From the NCBI GenBank assembly GCA_963665665.1, contig OY762428.1, positions 352,001 to 416,000 of the forward strand: DNA of 64,000 nt. Direction: 5' to 3'. The DNA comes from Candidatus Kapaibacterium sp. GTDB lineage: Bacteria > Bacteroidota > Ignavibacteria > Kapaibacteriales > UBA2268. Every line of letters starts with the position of its first letter. The first letter of the stretch is position 1. The notes below the pieces were generated by a model. That model did not search any database and had not been told where the DNA came from. It saw nothing but the letters and a program-made list of their open reading frames with translations. This document shows positions 28,744 through 38,048 of the stretch, one piece after another. The position numbers and the translations under genes were made by a program.

Positions 28744-29832
28744 ATGAATGATTTTAAAATTGGAGATTTGCACGTAAGAAGGCCAATAATTCAGGGTGGT
28801 ATGGGGGTTGCAATTTCACTGTCTGGTTTGGCTTCAGCAGTAGCTAATCAAGGTGGCATAGGTGTAATATCTGCCGTTGGAATCGGAATGACGGAACCTG
28901 ATTATGTTAAGAATTTTAAAAAAGCCAATCTTAGAGCTTTGAAAAAAGAGATTCAAAAGGCAAGATCGAAAACTGATGGCGTAATTGGTGTTAATATTAT
29001 GATGGCAGTTACCGATTTTGAGGATTTATTAAATATTTCTATTGATGAAAAAGTTGATGTAATTTTTATTGGTGCCGGCCTGCCCCTGCATCTTCCCGGA
29101 TGCCTGACAGAAGATTGCAGACAGAATTTGAAAAGTAAAATAATCCCAAAAGTTTCCTCTGCAAAAGCTGTAGGTTTGATACTTAAATACTGGGACAGAA
29201 AATACAATCACGTTCCCGACGGTTTTGTTATTGAAGGGCCTCTTGCCGGCGGGCATCTCGGATTTTCAAAAACTGAACTTGAAGGCGGAATCGACAATCT
29301 TGAAAACATGATAGCAAATGCTGTTGAACTGGTGAAACCCTACGAAGATAAGTTTGGAAGAAATATACCAATTATCGCTGCCGGTGGTATTTACAATGGC
29401 AAAGACATATATAATATTATGAATACCGGGGCTAGCGCTGTAAAAATGGGGACACGTTTCGTAACTACATACGAATGTGATGCATCTATAAAATTCAAAG
29501 AATCCTATATTAATAGTGTAAAAGAAGATATTACGATAATAAAAAGTCCGGTTGGGCTCCCGGGCAGGGCTATCAGAAACCAGTATTTAAATGAAGTTGA
29601 AGCTGGTGACCAAAAGCCATTCCGCTGCAACTGGCGTTGCCTTAAAACATGCGATTATACAAAAGTACCATATTGCATAGCCGGAGCTTTGTTCAGCGCT
29701 GCTCAGGGCAAAATGACAGAAGGGTTTTCATTTGCCGGAGCAAAGGCATATCTTGCCGATAGACTAATTTCTGTTTCGGATCTCTTCGACGAACTTGTAT
29801 CGGAATATGATTTGGCAGCTTTGGAAAGTTAG
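28744..29832 (+). CDS. Nitronate monooxygenase family FMN oxidoreductase
   Basis: PIIQGGMGV, EGPLAGGHLG, IAAGGI, MGTRF, SPVGLPGRA, C-terminal Cys cluster. Confidence 0.88.
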   Translation: MNDFKIGDLHVRRPIIQGGMGVAISLSGLASAVANQGGIGVISAVGIGMTEPDYVKNFKKANLRALKKEIQKARSKTDGVIGVNIMMAVTDFEDLLNISIDEKVDVIFIGAGLPLHLPGCLTEDCRQNLKSKIIPKVSSAKAVGLILKYWDRKYNHVPDGFVIEGPLAGGHLGFSKTELEGGIDNLENMIANAVELVKPYEDKFGRNIPIIAAGGIYNGKDIYNIMNTGASAVKMGTRFVTTYECDASIKFKESYINSVKEDITIIKSPVGLPGRAIRNQYLNEVEAGDQKPFRCNWRCLKTCDYTKVPYCIAGALFSAAQGKMTEGFSFAGAKAYLADRLISVSDLFDELVSEYDLAALES

Positions 29833-29860
29833 AAGAAAAAATTATTTTACTCACTTTTTA

Positions 29861-29902
29861 AAAATTGGCAGATATGATGAACTGAATTATCTGCCAATTT
29901 TT
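29861..29902 (+). terminator. Intrinsic terminator
   Basis: AAAATTGGCAGATA...TATCTGCCAATTTTTT. Confidence 0.65.
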
Positions 29903-29978
29903 TCTTATTTTTGCCTTAGCTAATAATTTGAAAATGAAAACGTTTATAGGTTATATTGAACAATTAATCGGAATGAAT

Positions 29979-30548
29979 ATGGCTATTTTACCAATATACA
30001 ATTGCTTTCACGAGGTTATGAAAAAACCTACCGAAGAAATTAAAGAATTTAACCAGGAGATTAAAGACCTTGTTGACAACATGTTTGAAACACTTTACAA
30101 TATATCGAATGGCGTTGGACTGGCAGGCAATCAGGTTGGAGAATCTAAATCGCTTTTGATTATTGATACAACTGTTGGTACCGATAATCCCAGAACTAAT
30201 CCAATTCACATGATAAACCCTGTTATTGTTGCAAAATCTGATGAAACACTTGTCGACCAGGAAGGATGCCTTTCAATACCAACATACTTCGATAAAGTTG
30301 AAAGGGCAAAATCAGTTCAGGTAAAATATTATGATGTTAATATGAAAGAGCATAATCTGGAAGCCACTGATTTCTTCGCCCGGGTTATTCAACACGAAAC
30401 TGATCATTTGACAGGCAAATGTATTTACGACAGAATCACGCCTATCAGGCGTACTTTAGCAAAGAACAAACTGAAGAAGATAGAAAGAGGGTCTATTCTT
30501 GGAGATTACCAGATGGTGATGGCAAACGGCAAACTAATCGACCCATAG
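29979..30548 (+). CDS. def: Peptide deformylase
   Basis: GVGLAGNQVG, EGCLSIP, QHETDHL. Start at ATG 29979 (or 29973) preferred over the upstream TTG. Confidence 0.93.
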   Translation: MAILPIYNCFHEVMKKPTEEIKEFNQEIKDLVDNMFETLYNISNGVGLAGNQVGESKSLLIIDTTVGTDNPRTNPIHMINPVIVAKSDETLVDQEGCLSIPTYFDKVERAKSVQVKYYDVNMKEHNLEATDFFARVIQHETDHLTGKCIYDRITPIRRTLAKNKLKKIERGSILGDYQMVMANGKLIDP

Positions 30549-30699
30549 TTATTCGTCAAATAGATTATTAAGCGAATATACCAATAGAAAGAAGGGAACA
30601 GATAGTTTTTATAACAAGTAATTCTGGATTAAGAAAAATGCTGAATTTTAAAAATTATCAACCATACTGATTTGAACCCTGATCAGAACAAATAAAAAG

Positions 30700-30737
30700 A
30701 AATTCCCTGAAATATTTAATCTTTCAGGGAATTTTTT
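30700..30737. terminator. Bidirectional terminator between def and ftcD
   Basis: AAATTCCCTGAAA...TTTCAGGGAATTTTTT. Confidence 0.65.
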
Positions 30738-30754
30738 ATCTTTTTTAAAAAGAA

Positions 30755-32374
30755 TTACGATCTTTCATCAAGAATTACAAGAATTTCATCACATTTTGCT
30801 TTTGCTCTTGCTACCATATCCTCAGCTATTTTTATCGTTTCTTTTTTGTATTCTTCATCATCAATTCCGGGCATATTTATCATAACGTTCCTGTAAGCAC
30901 CCCATATACCCGTTTCAAGTGCTCTCGCGCCAACTTCCACATCAGACTTGGAGTTGATATTGCCATACCTGGCACATTCAATCATGGATTCCCATGCTTC
31001 ATTGGCAGCCTGCATTGTTCCCAGAGGAACCATTATGGCTTTTTTCAGTCCATCCTGCATTGCTGCATGGCGCTTTGCTTTCTCTTCATCAGTTTTTTTC
31101 GGCATACGGATGGCTTGCATGTAATCATTGAATGCATTAGTATCAGCATCGATCATCGGTATAAGTTTATGGGTAACATCATAAAGTGGTGGAATAATTG
31201 ATCTCATCTGTCCGTCCACATTTTCAAATTTTCGAACGCCATAAGTAAGCCTGGAAACCATTGTACCGAGTCCGGCACCAATTGCTGCAATAGCCGCCGA
31301 TGCAGAACCGCCGCCCGGGGCCGATGTTCTGGCTGCAATTTCCTGAACAAATCCCCTGACACTAAGGCTTGCCAATGGTTCGTTCTGTTCTTCCTCTATC
31401 ATGTATTCAATAATTTTTTCTTTCGGGTTGAACGGAGCAACTGAATTTAGCCCGAGACGCTCAATCACAAGGCGTATTTTCTGGTCTTCTTCAAGTATAA
31501 AAAGCCCTTCCTTTTCAATATAATAATCTGCTGCCATCAGCATGGCTTCAAGTGGTATCAGGCCAACAATTTCTGATCCTGCCACACCCACGTTCAATTC
31601 TTCAGCTTCTGCTTTTACTTCTTCGAAAAGAATATGGGGTGCAGTTTCCATATAATTGGTCAGGTTCACAGTTACCTGCGCCACATTATACTCATCAACA
31701 AACCAGCCCATACCTTTAACTTCTTTTAACTTGCCGGGCTGTTCTGGCCCTCTGCCTGCTTCACGAAGGTCAAGTGCAATCCTGTGAGCCTGATTAGATG
31801 TTCCGAGAATATTCACATTGTATGCCACCAGGAAGAATCTTGCTCCGGTTGCCGTACATCCCCATTCGGGAATAAATTCCGCGGGGCCGAAATCAGGTTT
31901 CCATTCAGGCTTTGTAATTTTGTCAGGAATGGCTTCATACTCGCCTTTTCTTATCTGTGGAAGTTTCTTCCTGTAGTCCTGAGTGGCAGCATCTTCATAA
32001 AGATAGAAGGGTACCCCAAGTTCTTCTGCAGCCCTTGCCCCGAATTTTTTTGAAATTTCAACACATTCTTCCATAGTAACATTAGCAACTGGTATAAAGG
32101 GGCATACATCCATTGCGCCCATACGCGGATGCTCACCACTATGTTTCCGCATATCAATTTTTTCCCGTGCTACTTTGCCAGCGGCAATAGCACCGTCTAT
32201 TACAGAATCCGGATCGCCAACAAAAGTATAAACAGTTCTGTTTGTTGATGCCCCAGGATCTACATCGAGAAGTGTAACACCCGGTGTTTCTCTTATTGCC
32301 TTTGCTATTGCATCGATTACTTCTTTATCTCGTCCTTCCGAAAAATTCGGAACACATTCTACTATTTTCTTCAT
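30755..32374 (-). CDS. ftcD: Bifunctional glutamate formimidoyltransferase / formimidoyl-THF cyclodeaminase
   Basis: VECVPNFSEG, HPRMGAMDVCPF, PDFGP, then cyclodeaminase APGGGSASA...DADTNAFN...SD. Confidence 0.93.
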   Translation of the reverse strand: MKKIVECVPNFSEGRDKEVIDAIAKAIRETPGVTLLDVDPGASTNRTVYTFVGDPDSVIDGAIAAGKVAREKIDMRKHSGEHPRMGAMDVCPFIPVANVTMEECVEISKKFGARAAEELGVPFYLYEDAATQDYRKKLPQIRKGEYEAIPDKITKPEWKPDFGPAEFIPEWGCTATGARFFLVAYNVNILGTSNQAHRIALDLREAGRGPEQPGKLKEVKGMGWFVDEYNVAQVTVNLTNYMETAPHILFEEVKAEAEELNVGVAGSEIVGLIPLEAMLMAADYYIEKEGLFILEEDQKIRLVIERLGLNSVAPFNPKEKIIEYMIEEEQNEPLASLSVRGFVQEIAARTSAPGGGSASAAIAAIGAGLGTMVSRLTYGVRKFENVDGQMRSIIPPLYDVTHKLIPMIDADTNAFNDYMQAIRMPKKTDEEKAKRHAAMQDGLKKAIMVPLGTMQAANEAWESMIECARYGNINSKSDVEVGARALETGIWGAYRNVMINMPGIDDEEYKKETIKIAEDMVARAKAKCDEILVILDERS

Positions 32375-32401
32375 AGTTTTTCCGGTCAATTATTTAACAT
32401 T

Positions 32402-33004
32402 TTAAATTTCAAATTTGTAAATTCTAATCTTAATTGCATCAGTTATCCACCTTGAAGTAGAAATATCCATGGGAAAAATGATGCTGCCATTCCTGAAATA
32501 GCGCTTTTTTATAGTATCTGATATTTTCTTTATTTGAAGGTGTAACCTTAGATTTACCCGTTTTTTAAATTCTTCGTCAACCCTTGCAAAATCCAGTTTG
32601 CCGTCAATTTCTTCAATATCAACAGTATCACCAACCGTTCCAAGCTTTTTATCGAATATCAGAACCGGCATCAGAGGAGTAATATCTTTATCAAAATCAG
32701 CAGGAGTAGCAGTTTGAAAGCTCCCGTCAGAAGATTCTATTATTAATATTATCCTGGCATAATCGCCCATCTCGATTTTTGAAAATTGATCTTTAATAAT
32801 TTCATCAATAAAAAAACACTGATATTTTCCAATTGATTTTTTTCCTGGAGTATAGAACTGAATATTCTTCGATTCAATTTTTTTTAATAATGATGCCGGA
32901 TCAAGGTCAATTTCTCCTTTTAAAACAAGTGACTGCGCGTTTAATTGTACCGAAAATACAATTAAAAGCAAGGTTACAATACCGTATTTAATATTAATAT
33001 TCAT
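32402..33004 (-). CDS. Exported hypothetical protein, weak resemblance to the molybdopterin-binding oxidoreductase fold
   Basis: Signal peptide; IIESSDGS...ADFD and IIFPMDISTSRWITDAIKIRI resemble the A.DGY and LV.P.D...RW...V..I motifs. Confidence 0.45.
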   Translation of the reverse strand: MNINIKYGIVTLLLIVFSVQLNAQSLVLKGEIDLDPASLLKKIESKNIQFYTPGKKSIGKYQCFFIDEIIKDQFSKIEMGDYARIILIIESSDGSFQTATPADFDKDITPLMPVLIFDKKLGTVGDTVDIEEIDGKLDFARVDEEFKKRVNLRLHLQIKKISDTIKKRYFRNGSIIFPMDISTSRWITDAIKIRIYKFEI

Positions 33005-33157
33005 ATCCGTCTCTATTACTTCAAAAACATCCCTACAAAAATAGTAAGAAGTTCCAAGCTATTAAATTAAAAATTGAAAAATCATTGCAGTCAATCAAAA
33101 TCAATGAAAGATAACAGTACTCGGGATAAACACAAAGGTATTGTTATTCACAAACAG

Positions 33158-33184
33158 AAAAGGAGCCGCCAGGGCTCCTTTTTT
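33158..33184 (-). terminator. Intrinsic terminator after the PTS IIA gene
   Basis: AAAAGGAGCC-gccag-GGCTCCTTTTTT. Confidence 0.65.
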
Positions 33185-33201
33185 ACAAAGTAATGTGATT
33201 A

Positions 33202-33663
33202 TTATTGATCCTTTTCAATCTCTGTAAGCATTTTTAATACTTCGTCAGTTGTTTTGCATTTCGAAAGGCCCGACCTGAAAGGATCATTATTCATCATGCG
33301 TGATATTTTGCTTAATAAGCGCAGATGATTCCCTACATTAGCTTCCCTGCCAAGAATTAAAAAGACAATATTCACTGGTTTATCATCCAGAGAATCGAAA
33401 TCAACAGGTTCATCCAATATTGCAAGCGAACCAACTGAATCAGTAACGGCGTTTGTTTTTGCATGAGGCAGTGCAATACCCTTGCCAACACCAGTTGACA
33501 TTATTGCTTCGCGGTTCAGAATCTCTTTTTTCGCTTCATCTATATTGCTGATTTTTCCTGATTTCGCCGCCAGGGCTATCATTTTATTAATAACCTCGTC
33601 CTTAGATTCTGCTTTCATTTGCAGTTCAATCGAATCCACGCCAAGTATATCTGTTACCATCAT
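33202..33663 (-). CDS. PTS IIA component (fructose/Ntr type)
   Basis: REAIMSTGVGKGIALPHAK (phospho-His), DFDSLDDKPV, HLRLLSKISR. Confidence 0.9.
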   Translation of the reverse strand: MMVTDILGVDSIELQMKAESKDEVINKMIALAAKSGKISNIDEAKKEILNREAIMSTGVGKGIALPHAKTNAVTDSVGSLAILDEPVDFDSLDDKPVNIVFLILGREANVGNHLRLLSKISRMMNNDPFRSGLSKCKTTDEVLKMLTEIEKDQ

Positions 33664-33763
33664 TTTATCTATCCCGCATTATGCTTTTTTTCATCGCTTT
33701 ATAACTTCTGCATCGAAAGCAGAATACTAAATTCGTTAATTAAATGATTAATTCCAAAAAATG

Positions 33764-36274
33764 TTACTCATCCTCGTTCAGCCACTGCTGAATAAGGGAA
33801 CTGTATTTTCTTGCAAGGAACAAAGCTTTATCCGGCTGATCACTTTCTCCGTAAATCCCGAATAGTTTTCTTTCTTTAGAAGGTAAAAATAAAACGGAAT
33901 CACCATTTTCGAAGAAAATTTTAACACCTTCCACCAACTGGCGTTCATATTCCTCAGAATATTTCATTGCCTTGCGCATAATTTTACCTTTGTAATCCCA
34001 AGGACAATCCACATCTATCTGGTGCTGGAATCTTCTTGGTAATTCCTCATCAAGTTTTGAAAGGCTATAACCGGTTTTTGCCATCATCTCCAGCGTTTGG
34101 CCTACCGAGAACATACCGTCAGAGGCAAACAGGAAGTCCCTGAATATATAACCCCCAAAAGGGCCGCCTACAAACAGTACTTCAGGATCTTTTGTAGCAT
34201 CCATCATGGACATGTGAGAGTTCTGTATTCTGACAATTTCTACGTTATAATCCTTTGCAATTTCTTCTATCTCGCCACGAGCAAGAATCGAAACAGCAAT
34301 TTTGTAAGGTTCTCTGTGTTTATGTGTTTCCAGGTAAAGCTTAGTCATTATTGTAAGAAGCCTTAGCGGAGTAAACCATTTGCCTCTTTCATCGATAAGG
34401 GAAATTTTTTCGGCACCGGCTTCCAGCCTGAAACCAAGTTCATAACCGAGGGCACTCATTATCTTCCCTGTATTGTCAGAATCTTTCTTCTCCATCCACG
34501 GGTCAGGATGGAACCTTGTAGCATCAACATAATCATTCAATGAAAGAGCCTCGGCTCCGAGTTTTCCAAGGATTGAAGGGAAAATTGTTGAGGCCAGGCC
34601 AAAGGAATAATCCATTAAGAGCTTGAATTTTCTGGAACCAATCAATTCAGTGTCCAGGGATTCTATAAAACGGTTTACATATATTTCATTGGCTCTTTCA
34701 GGATAATTGATTTTTCCGACAGAATCATGGTGAACCCTTTTAATATCCTCTCCAAAAAAGAATCTTTCAATTGATTTTGTCTTGGATATTGATATATCCC
34801 TGCCGTCTTTGTTAAATATTATGATATCTGTTTTGTTCGGGTCGCGAGGTGAACGCCTTACATGGAATCCCCCCTGGTATCTGCCTGTTGTTAATTCCTG
34901 CCTTGTTTGCGGAATTGATACAACCTGGAGGTCGTTTACATTTGAGCCAACGGAAACCAGGCCGGCACTTATTGAACGTTTCATTATCCTTGACACCCTG
35001 TCTGGATCGCGGCTTGCAATCAGATTAACGTTCTGCCCCAGAGCCATACCTATTGCAGAACCCAATTTTGCACCAAATTCAGGGTTGATCTCAATATTTG
35101 AAAGGCCGGATATCCTGGCATCAGTAAATAGTTCGCGAAGCCATTTCTCTTCCTGAACCAGAGAACGACTGAGTATAGCACCGGATTCAACATTTTTGTC
35201 AGGCCATAATTTAATATTCGGATTCAGCCTGGCATCTTCTCCGATATGACAATTCTCGGATATAAATACGTTATCCGATATTGCAGCAGCAGTTTCAATA
35301 ACTGAATTATTGCAGACCACATCATGTGAAAGCTCGGCAAAATCGCCAACTTTTACATTATTCCAGAGTGTTGTACCGTTCAGGTTAGCTCCAGTTCCAA
35401 TAGTGCAGTTATCACCAATTACACAATCAGTTAGAACCGTATGTTCTCCGATTTGGCAATTATTACCGATTATATTTCTTCCGATCAATTTAGTAGAAGG
35501 ATTTATTACAGTATTATCACCTATATATGATTCACCGTTTCGAATACCTTTATATTTCAAATCAACTTTTCCGGACAGCGCATCAGCCTGCCCGCTTTGA
35601 TATTCATTCAGGTTACCAATATCACGCCAGTATCCGTCAGCAATATATCCGTAAAGTGGCATTTTCTTTGCAAGCATTGTAGGAAATAAATCCTTGCTAA
35701 AATCAAATTCCTCCCTGAATGGAATAAGATCAAGGACTTCAGGCTCGAGTATATATATCCCGGTATTGATAGTATCAGAAAATACCTGCCCCCACGATGG
35801 TTTTTCAAGGAAGCGGGTAATTTTGCCGTTATCATCAGTCATTACTATTCCGAACTGCAAAGGTTTTGTAACCCTGGTAAGAAGAATAGTTGCTTTGGCA
35901 CCTTTTTCTTTATGAAATTCAAGGGCCTTTGTCAGGTCAAAATCAGTTAGCACGTCGCCGCTGATAATTATAAATCGGCTGTCGAGATGTTCATGAGCAT
36001 TTTTAACAGCACCAGCAGTACCATAGTCAGCCTGTGCTGTAACATAGTTCATATTTATACCATGCTTGGAACCGTCTTCAAAATAATTAGTGATAACATC
36101 AGGATGGAAATACAGTACTGATACTACATCATTTACACCATGTTTTTTAAGAAGGTTTACAATATGCCCCATCATCGGTGTATTGGCAACTGGTGCCATT
36201 GGTTTTGGTATTGTCATTGTTAAGGGCCTGAGCCTGGTTCCAAAACCGCCTGCCATGATAACTGCTTTTTTCAT
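33764..36274 (-). CDS. Mannose-1-phosphate guanylyltransferase / phosphomannomutase-like fusion
   Basis: AVIMAGGFGTRLRPLT...PKP, GTAGAV, FLEKP, YWRDIG, hexapeptide LbH region, C-terminal PGM/PMM-like domains. Confidence 0.88.
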   Translation of the reverse strand: MKKAVIMAGGFGTRLRPLTMTIPKPMAPVANTPMMGHIVNLLKKHGVNDVVSVLYFHPDVITNYFEDGSKHGINMNYVTAQADYGTAGAVKNAHEHLDSRFIIISGDVLTDFDLTKALEFHKEKGAKATILLTRVTKPLQFGIVMTDDNGKITRFLEKPSWGQVFSDTINTGIYILEPEVLDLIPFREEFDFSKDLFPTMLAKKMPLYGYIADGYWRDIGNLNEYQSGQADALSGKVDLKYKGIRNGESYIGDNTVINPSTKLIGRNIIGNNCQIGEHTVLTDCVIGDNCTIGTGANLNGTTLWNNVKVGDFAELSHDVVCNNSVIETAAAISDNVFISENCHIGEDARLNPNIKLWPDKNVESGAILSRSLVQEEKWLRELFTDARISGLSNIEINPEFGAKLGSAIGMALGQNVNLIASRDPDRVSRIMKRSISAGLVSVGSNVNDLQVVSIPQTRQELTTGRYQGGFHVRRSPRDPNKTDIIIFNKDGRDISISKTKSIERFFFGEDIKRVHHDSVGKINYPERANEIYVNRFIESLDTELIGSRKFKLLMDYSFGLASTIFPSILGKLGAEALSLNDYVDATRFHPDPWMEKKDSDNTGKIMSALGYELGFRLEAGAEKISLIDERGKWFTPLRLLTIMTKLYLETHKHREPYKIAVSILARGEIEEIAKDYNVEIVRIQNSHMSMMDATKDPEVLFVGGPFGGYIFRDFLFASDGMFSVGQTLEMMAKTGYSLSKLDEELPRRFQHQIDVDCPWDYKGKIMRKAMKYSEEYERQLVEGVKIFFENGDSVLFLPSKERKLFGIYGESDQPDKALFLARKYSSLIQQWLNEDE

Positions 36275-36901
36275 TAAGAATAATCTCCCGGGGAAATTAG
36301 TGAATTTTAACTTGATAAAAGACGCATCTATTTACTGATTATTTTTTCTATTTAACTTACGATATTTTTAATAGAACGCGAATCTACAATATATGATAAA
36401 TTTTAAAGAGCACCAATCCATATTGCCTGAATAATTAATATTTTCAAACCAGTCGCAACAATTTTATATCTAAAACATCTAATAAGTTTTTTAAATATCA
36501 TTGCCAACAAGGAATGTAATTTTTCTCGCATATAATTAAATAATTTCCCCTACGCCCCATTCTTCAGGAACTGAATCATTTACTTAGAAGTTCACGCTTT
36601 GAGTTCGATTAAGAAAGCATTCTTTTACCCAAATATAATTAACGGATAATGAAAGAACTATTCAGGGTATCCTTATACCCACGCAAAATTGGAGAAGAAT
36701 TATCCGGTCCTTTTTTTTTCATAGAATATCCGAAATAAAGTATAATACTTCACCCCGAATTCCTGGCATTTCTCCGAGAAAATAAAAGAAAACTGAACCT
36801 CTGCTTCAAAGGATAATTACATTACAATACCAGGGTTTCGTGACAGGTATACATAAATAAGCATCATGTGCTATCCACAAATAAATTTGAAGGTAAATAA
36901 A

Positions 36902-37882
36902 CTACTTCAGCTTTTCGATATCCTCCCTTTTTAAACCTGTGGCAAGAATTATTACATCAATTGGCATTCCTTTATGCAACATATTCACGGCCACTTCAAG
37001 TTTTCCTTGCAGCCTACCTTCTTCTCGTCCTTCTTCTCGTCCTTCTTCTCGTCCTTCTTCTCGTCCTTCTTCTCGTCCTTCTTCTCGTCCTTCTTCTCGT
37101 CCCTCCTCTCGCCCTTCTTCTCGTCCCTCCTCTCGCCCTTCTTCTCGTCCTTCGTCGCGCGCTGTATCAATTGAATTTTTCAAGTCCCTGTAATATTTCA
37201 GACTGTCTTCGTAGTTCATTACCTGCTGTGGGGTAAATTTAGCTATCTCGGCTATTTCAAAAAGCTTTTCGAAAATTCTTTCCCTAAATTTATCAGGAAG
37301 GCGATCCAGCCTGTTTAAATTCCTGAGTACATAAAGCCACTTATCAAAACGCGTTTGCAGCTGATCAATAGTTTTGTTAAACTTCGGCATTTCAAGATAG
37401 ATAAATGTCCATTTGTCATAAAATACTTCATGGCTGTCTATATCGCTCAATTTAACATTGTAGCGAAATTTTTCCGGTTCGTTTTTATCTTCGTCAAAAA
37501 CAAAATCAAGTATGGCAATGGTATAAACAGGTTTCAGTTCATAGTTCCAATCGCCGCGTTTGGCCTGATCCTTAATTGGAAAAGTAGAATAATAAACTGT
37601 TCTGTCCTTAAAATAATTCTGTTTAGTTTTCTGAAGCTCAACAATAAATTTTTCACCTTTTTCATTTTCGCAGAACAGATCGAAAATAGCCCTTCTATCA
37701 GCTTCAGCGGAAGGAAGATTCTCGCTTTTCAGGTAAGTCAGATCTTTGATTTCTCCCTGTTCTTCTCTGAGCAGCTCATTAAGAAAATCAAGTAAAAGAT
37801 CTTTATTAGGTTCTTCGCCGAAAAGCTTTTTAAAACCGTAATCGGTGAATGGATTTATATATTTTTCTTCAAAATAGTACAT
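36902..37882 (-). CDS. Rpn family / PD-(D/E)XK nuclease family transposase-like protein
   Basis: YINPFTDYGFKKLFG, AIFDLFC, FIVELQK, DRTVYY, EMPKF, C-terminal EGRE repeats and short helical tail. Confidence 0.9.
   Translation of the reverse strand: MYYFEEKYINPFTDYGFKKLFGEEPNKDLLLDFLNELLREEQGEIKDLTYLKSENLPSAEADRRAIFDLFCENEKGEKFIVELQKTKQNYFKDRTVYYSTFPIKDQAKRGDWNYELKPVYTIAILDFVFDEDKNEPEKFRYNVKLSDIDSHEVFYDKWTFIYLEMPKFNKTIDQLQTRFDKWLYVLRNLNRLDRLPDKFRERIFEKLFEIAEIAKFTPQQVMNYEDSLKYYRDLKNSIDTARDEGREEGREEGREEGREEGREEGREEGREEGREEGREEGREEGREEGRLQGKLEVAVNMLHKGMPIDVIILATGLKREDIEKLK
37022..37153. repeat. Coding tandem repeat, 11 x 12 bp (EGRE)
   Basis: Units TTCTCGTCCTTC, with a duplicated 24-bp variant pair (TTCTCGTCCCTC-CTCTCGCCCTTC) x2. 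Confidence 0.95.
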
Positions 37883-37991
37883 ATATTACCTCGAACCTTT
37901 ATTATCACTAAAACTAATACGTCCAGTACCATAATTTAGCATAAATTAATAATTATGTTCAATAATGCAAAGCATTTTTGGTTATTCTAAC

Positions 37992-38020
37992 AAAAAACCG
38001 CCGGAGAAAACTCCGGCGGC
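37992..38020 (-). terminator. Intrinsic terminator of hppA
   Basis: AAAAAA-CCGCCGGAG-aaaa-CTCCGGCGG on plus = hairpin + T-run on minus. Confidence 0.75.
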
Positions 38021-38048
38021 AGAAGGAAAAAATTTATTATATCAATTA

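Noticed and set aside
37022-37153. Possible CRISPR array
   Set aside because: Head-to-tail 12-bp units with no spacers, in frame within a CDS; no cas genes in the window.
36939-37236. Low-complexity ORFs (SSRP, LLVL, FFSS, DEKK repeats)
   Set aside because: Alternative-frame shadows of the EGRE repeat.
36902-37882. Rpn gene as an active transposon
   Set aside because: No terminal inverted repeats or target duplication seen; the transposase label of this family is historical.
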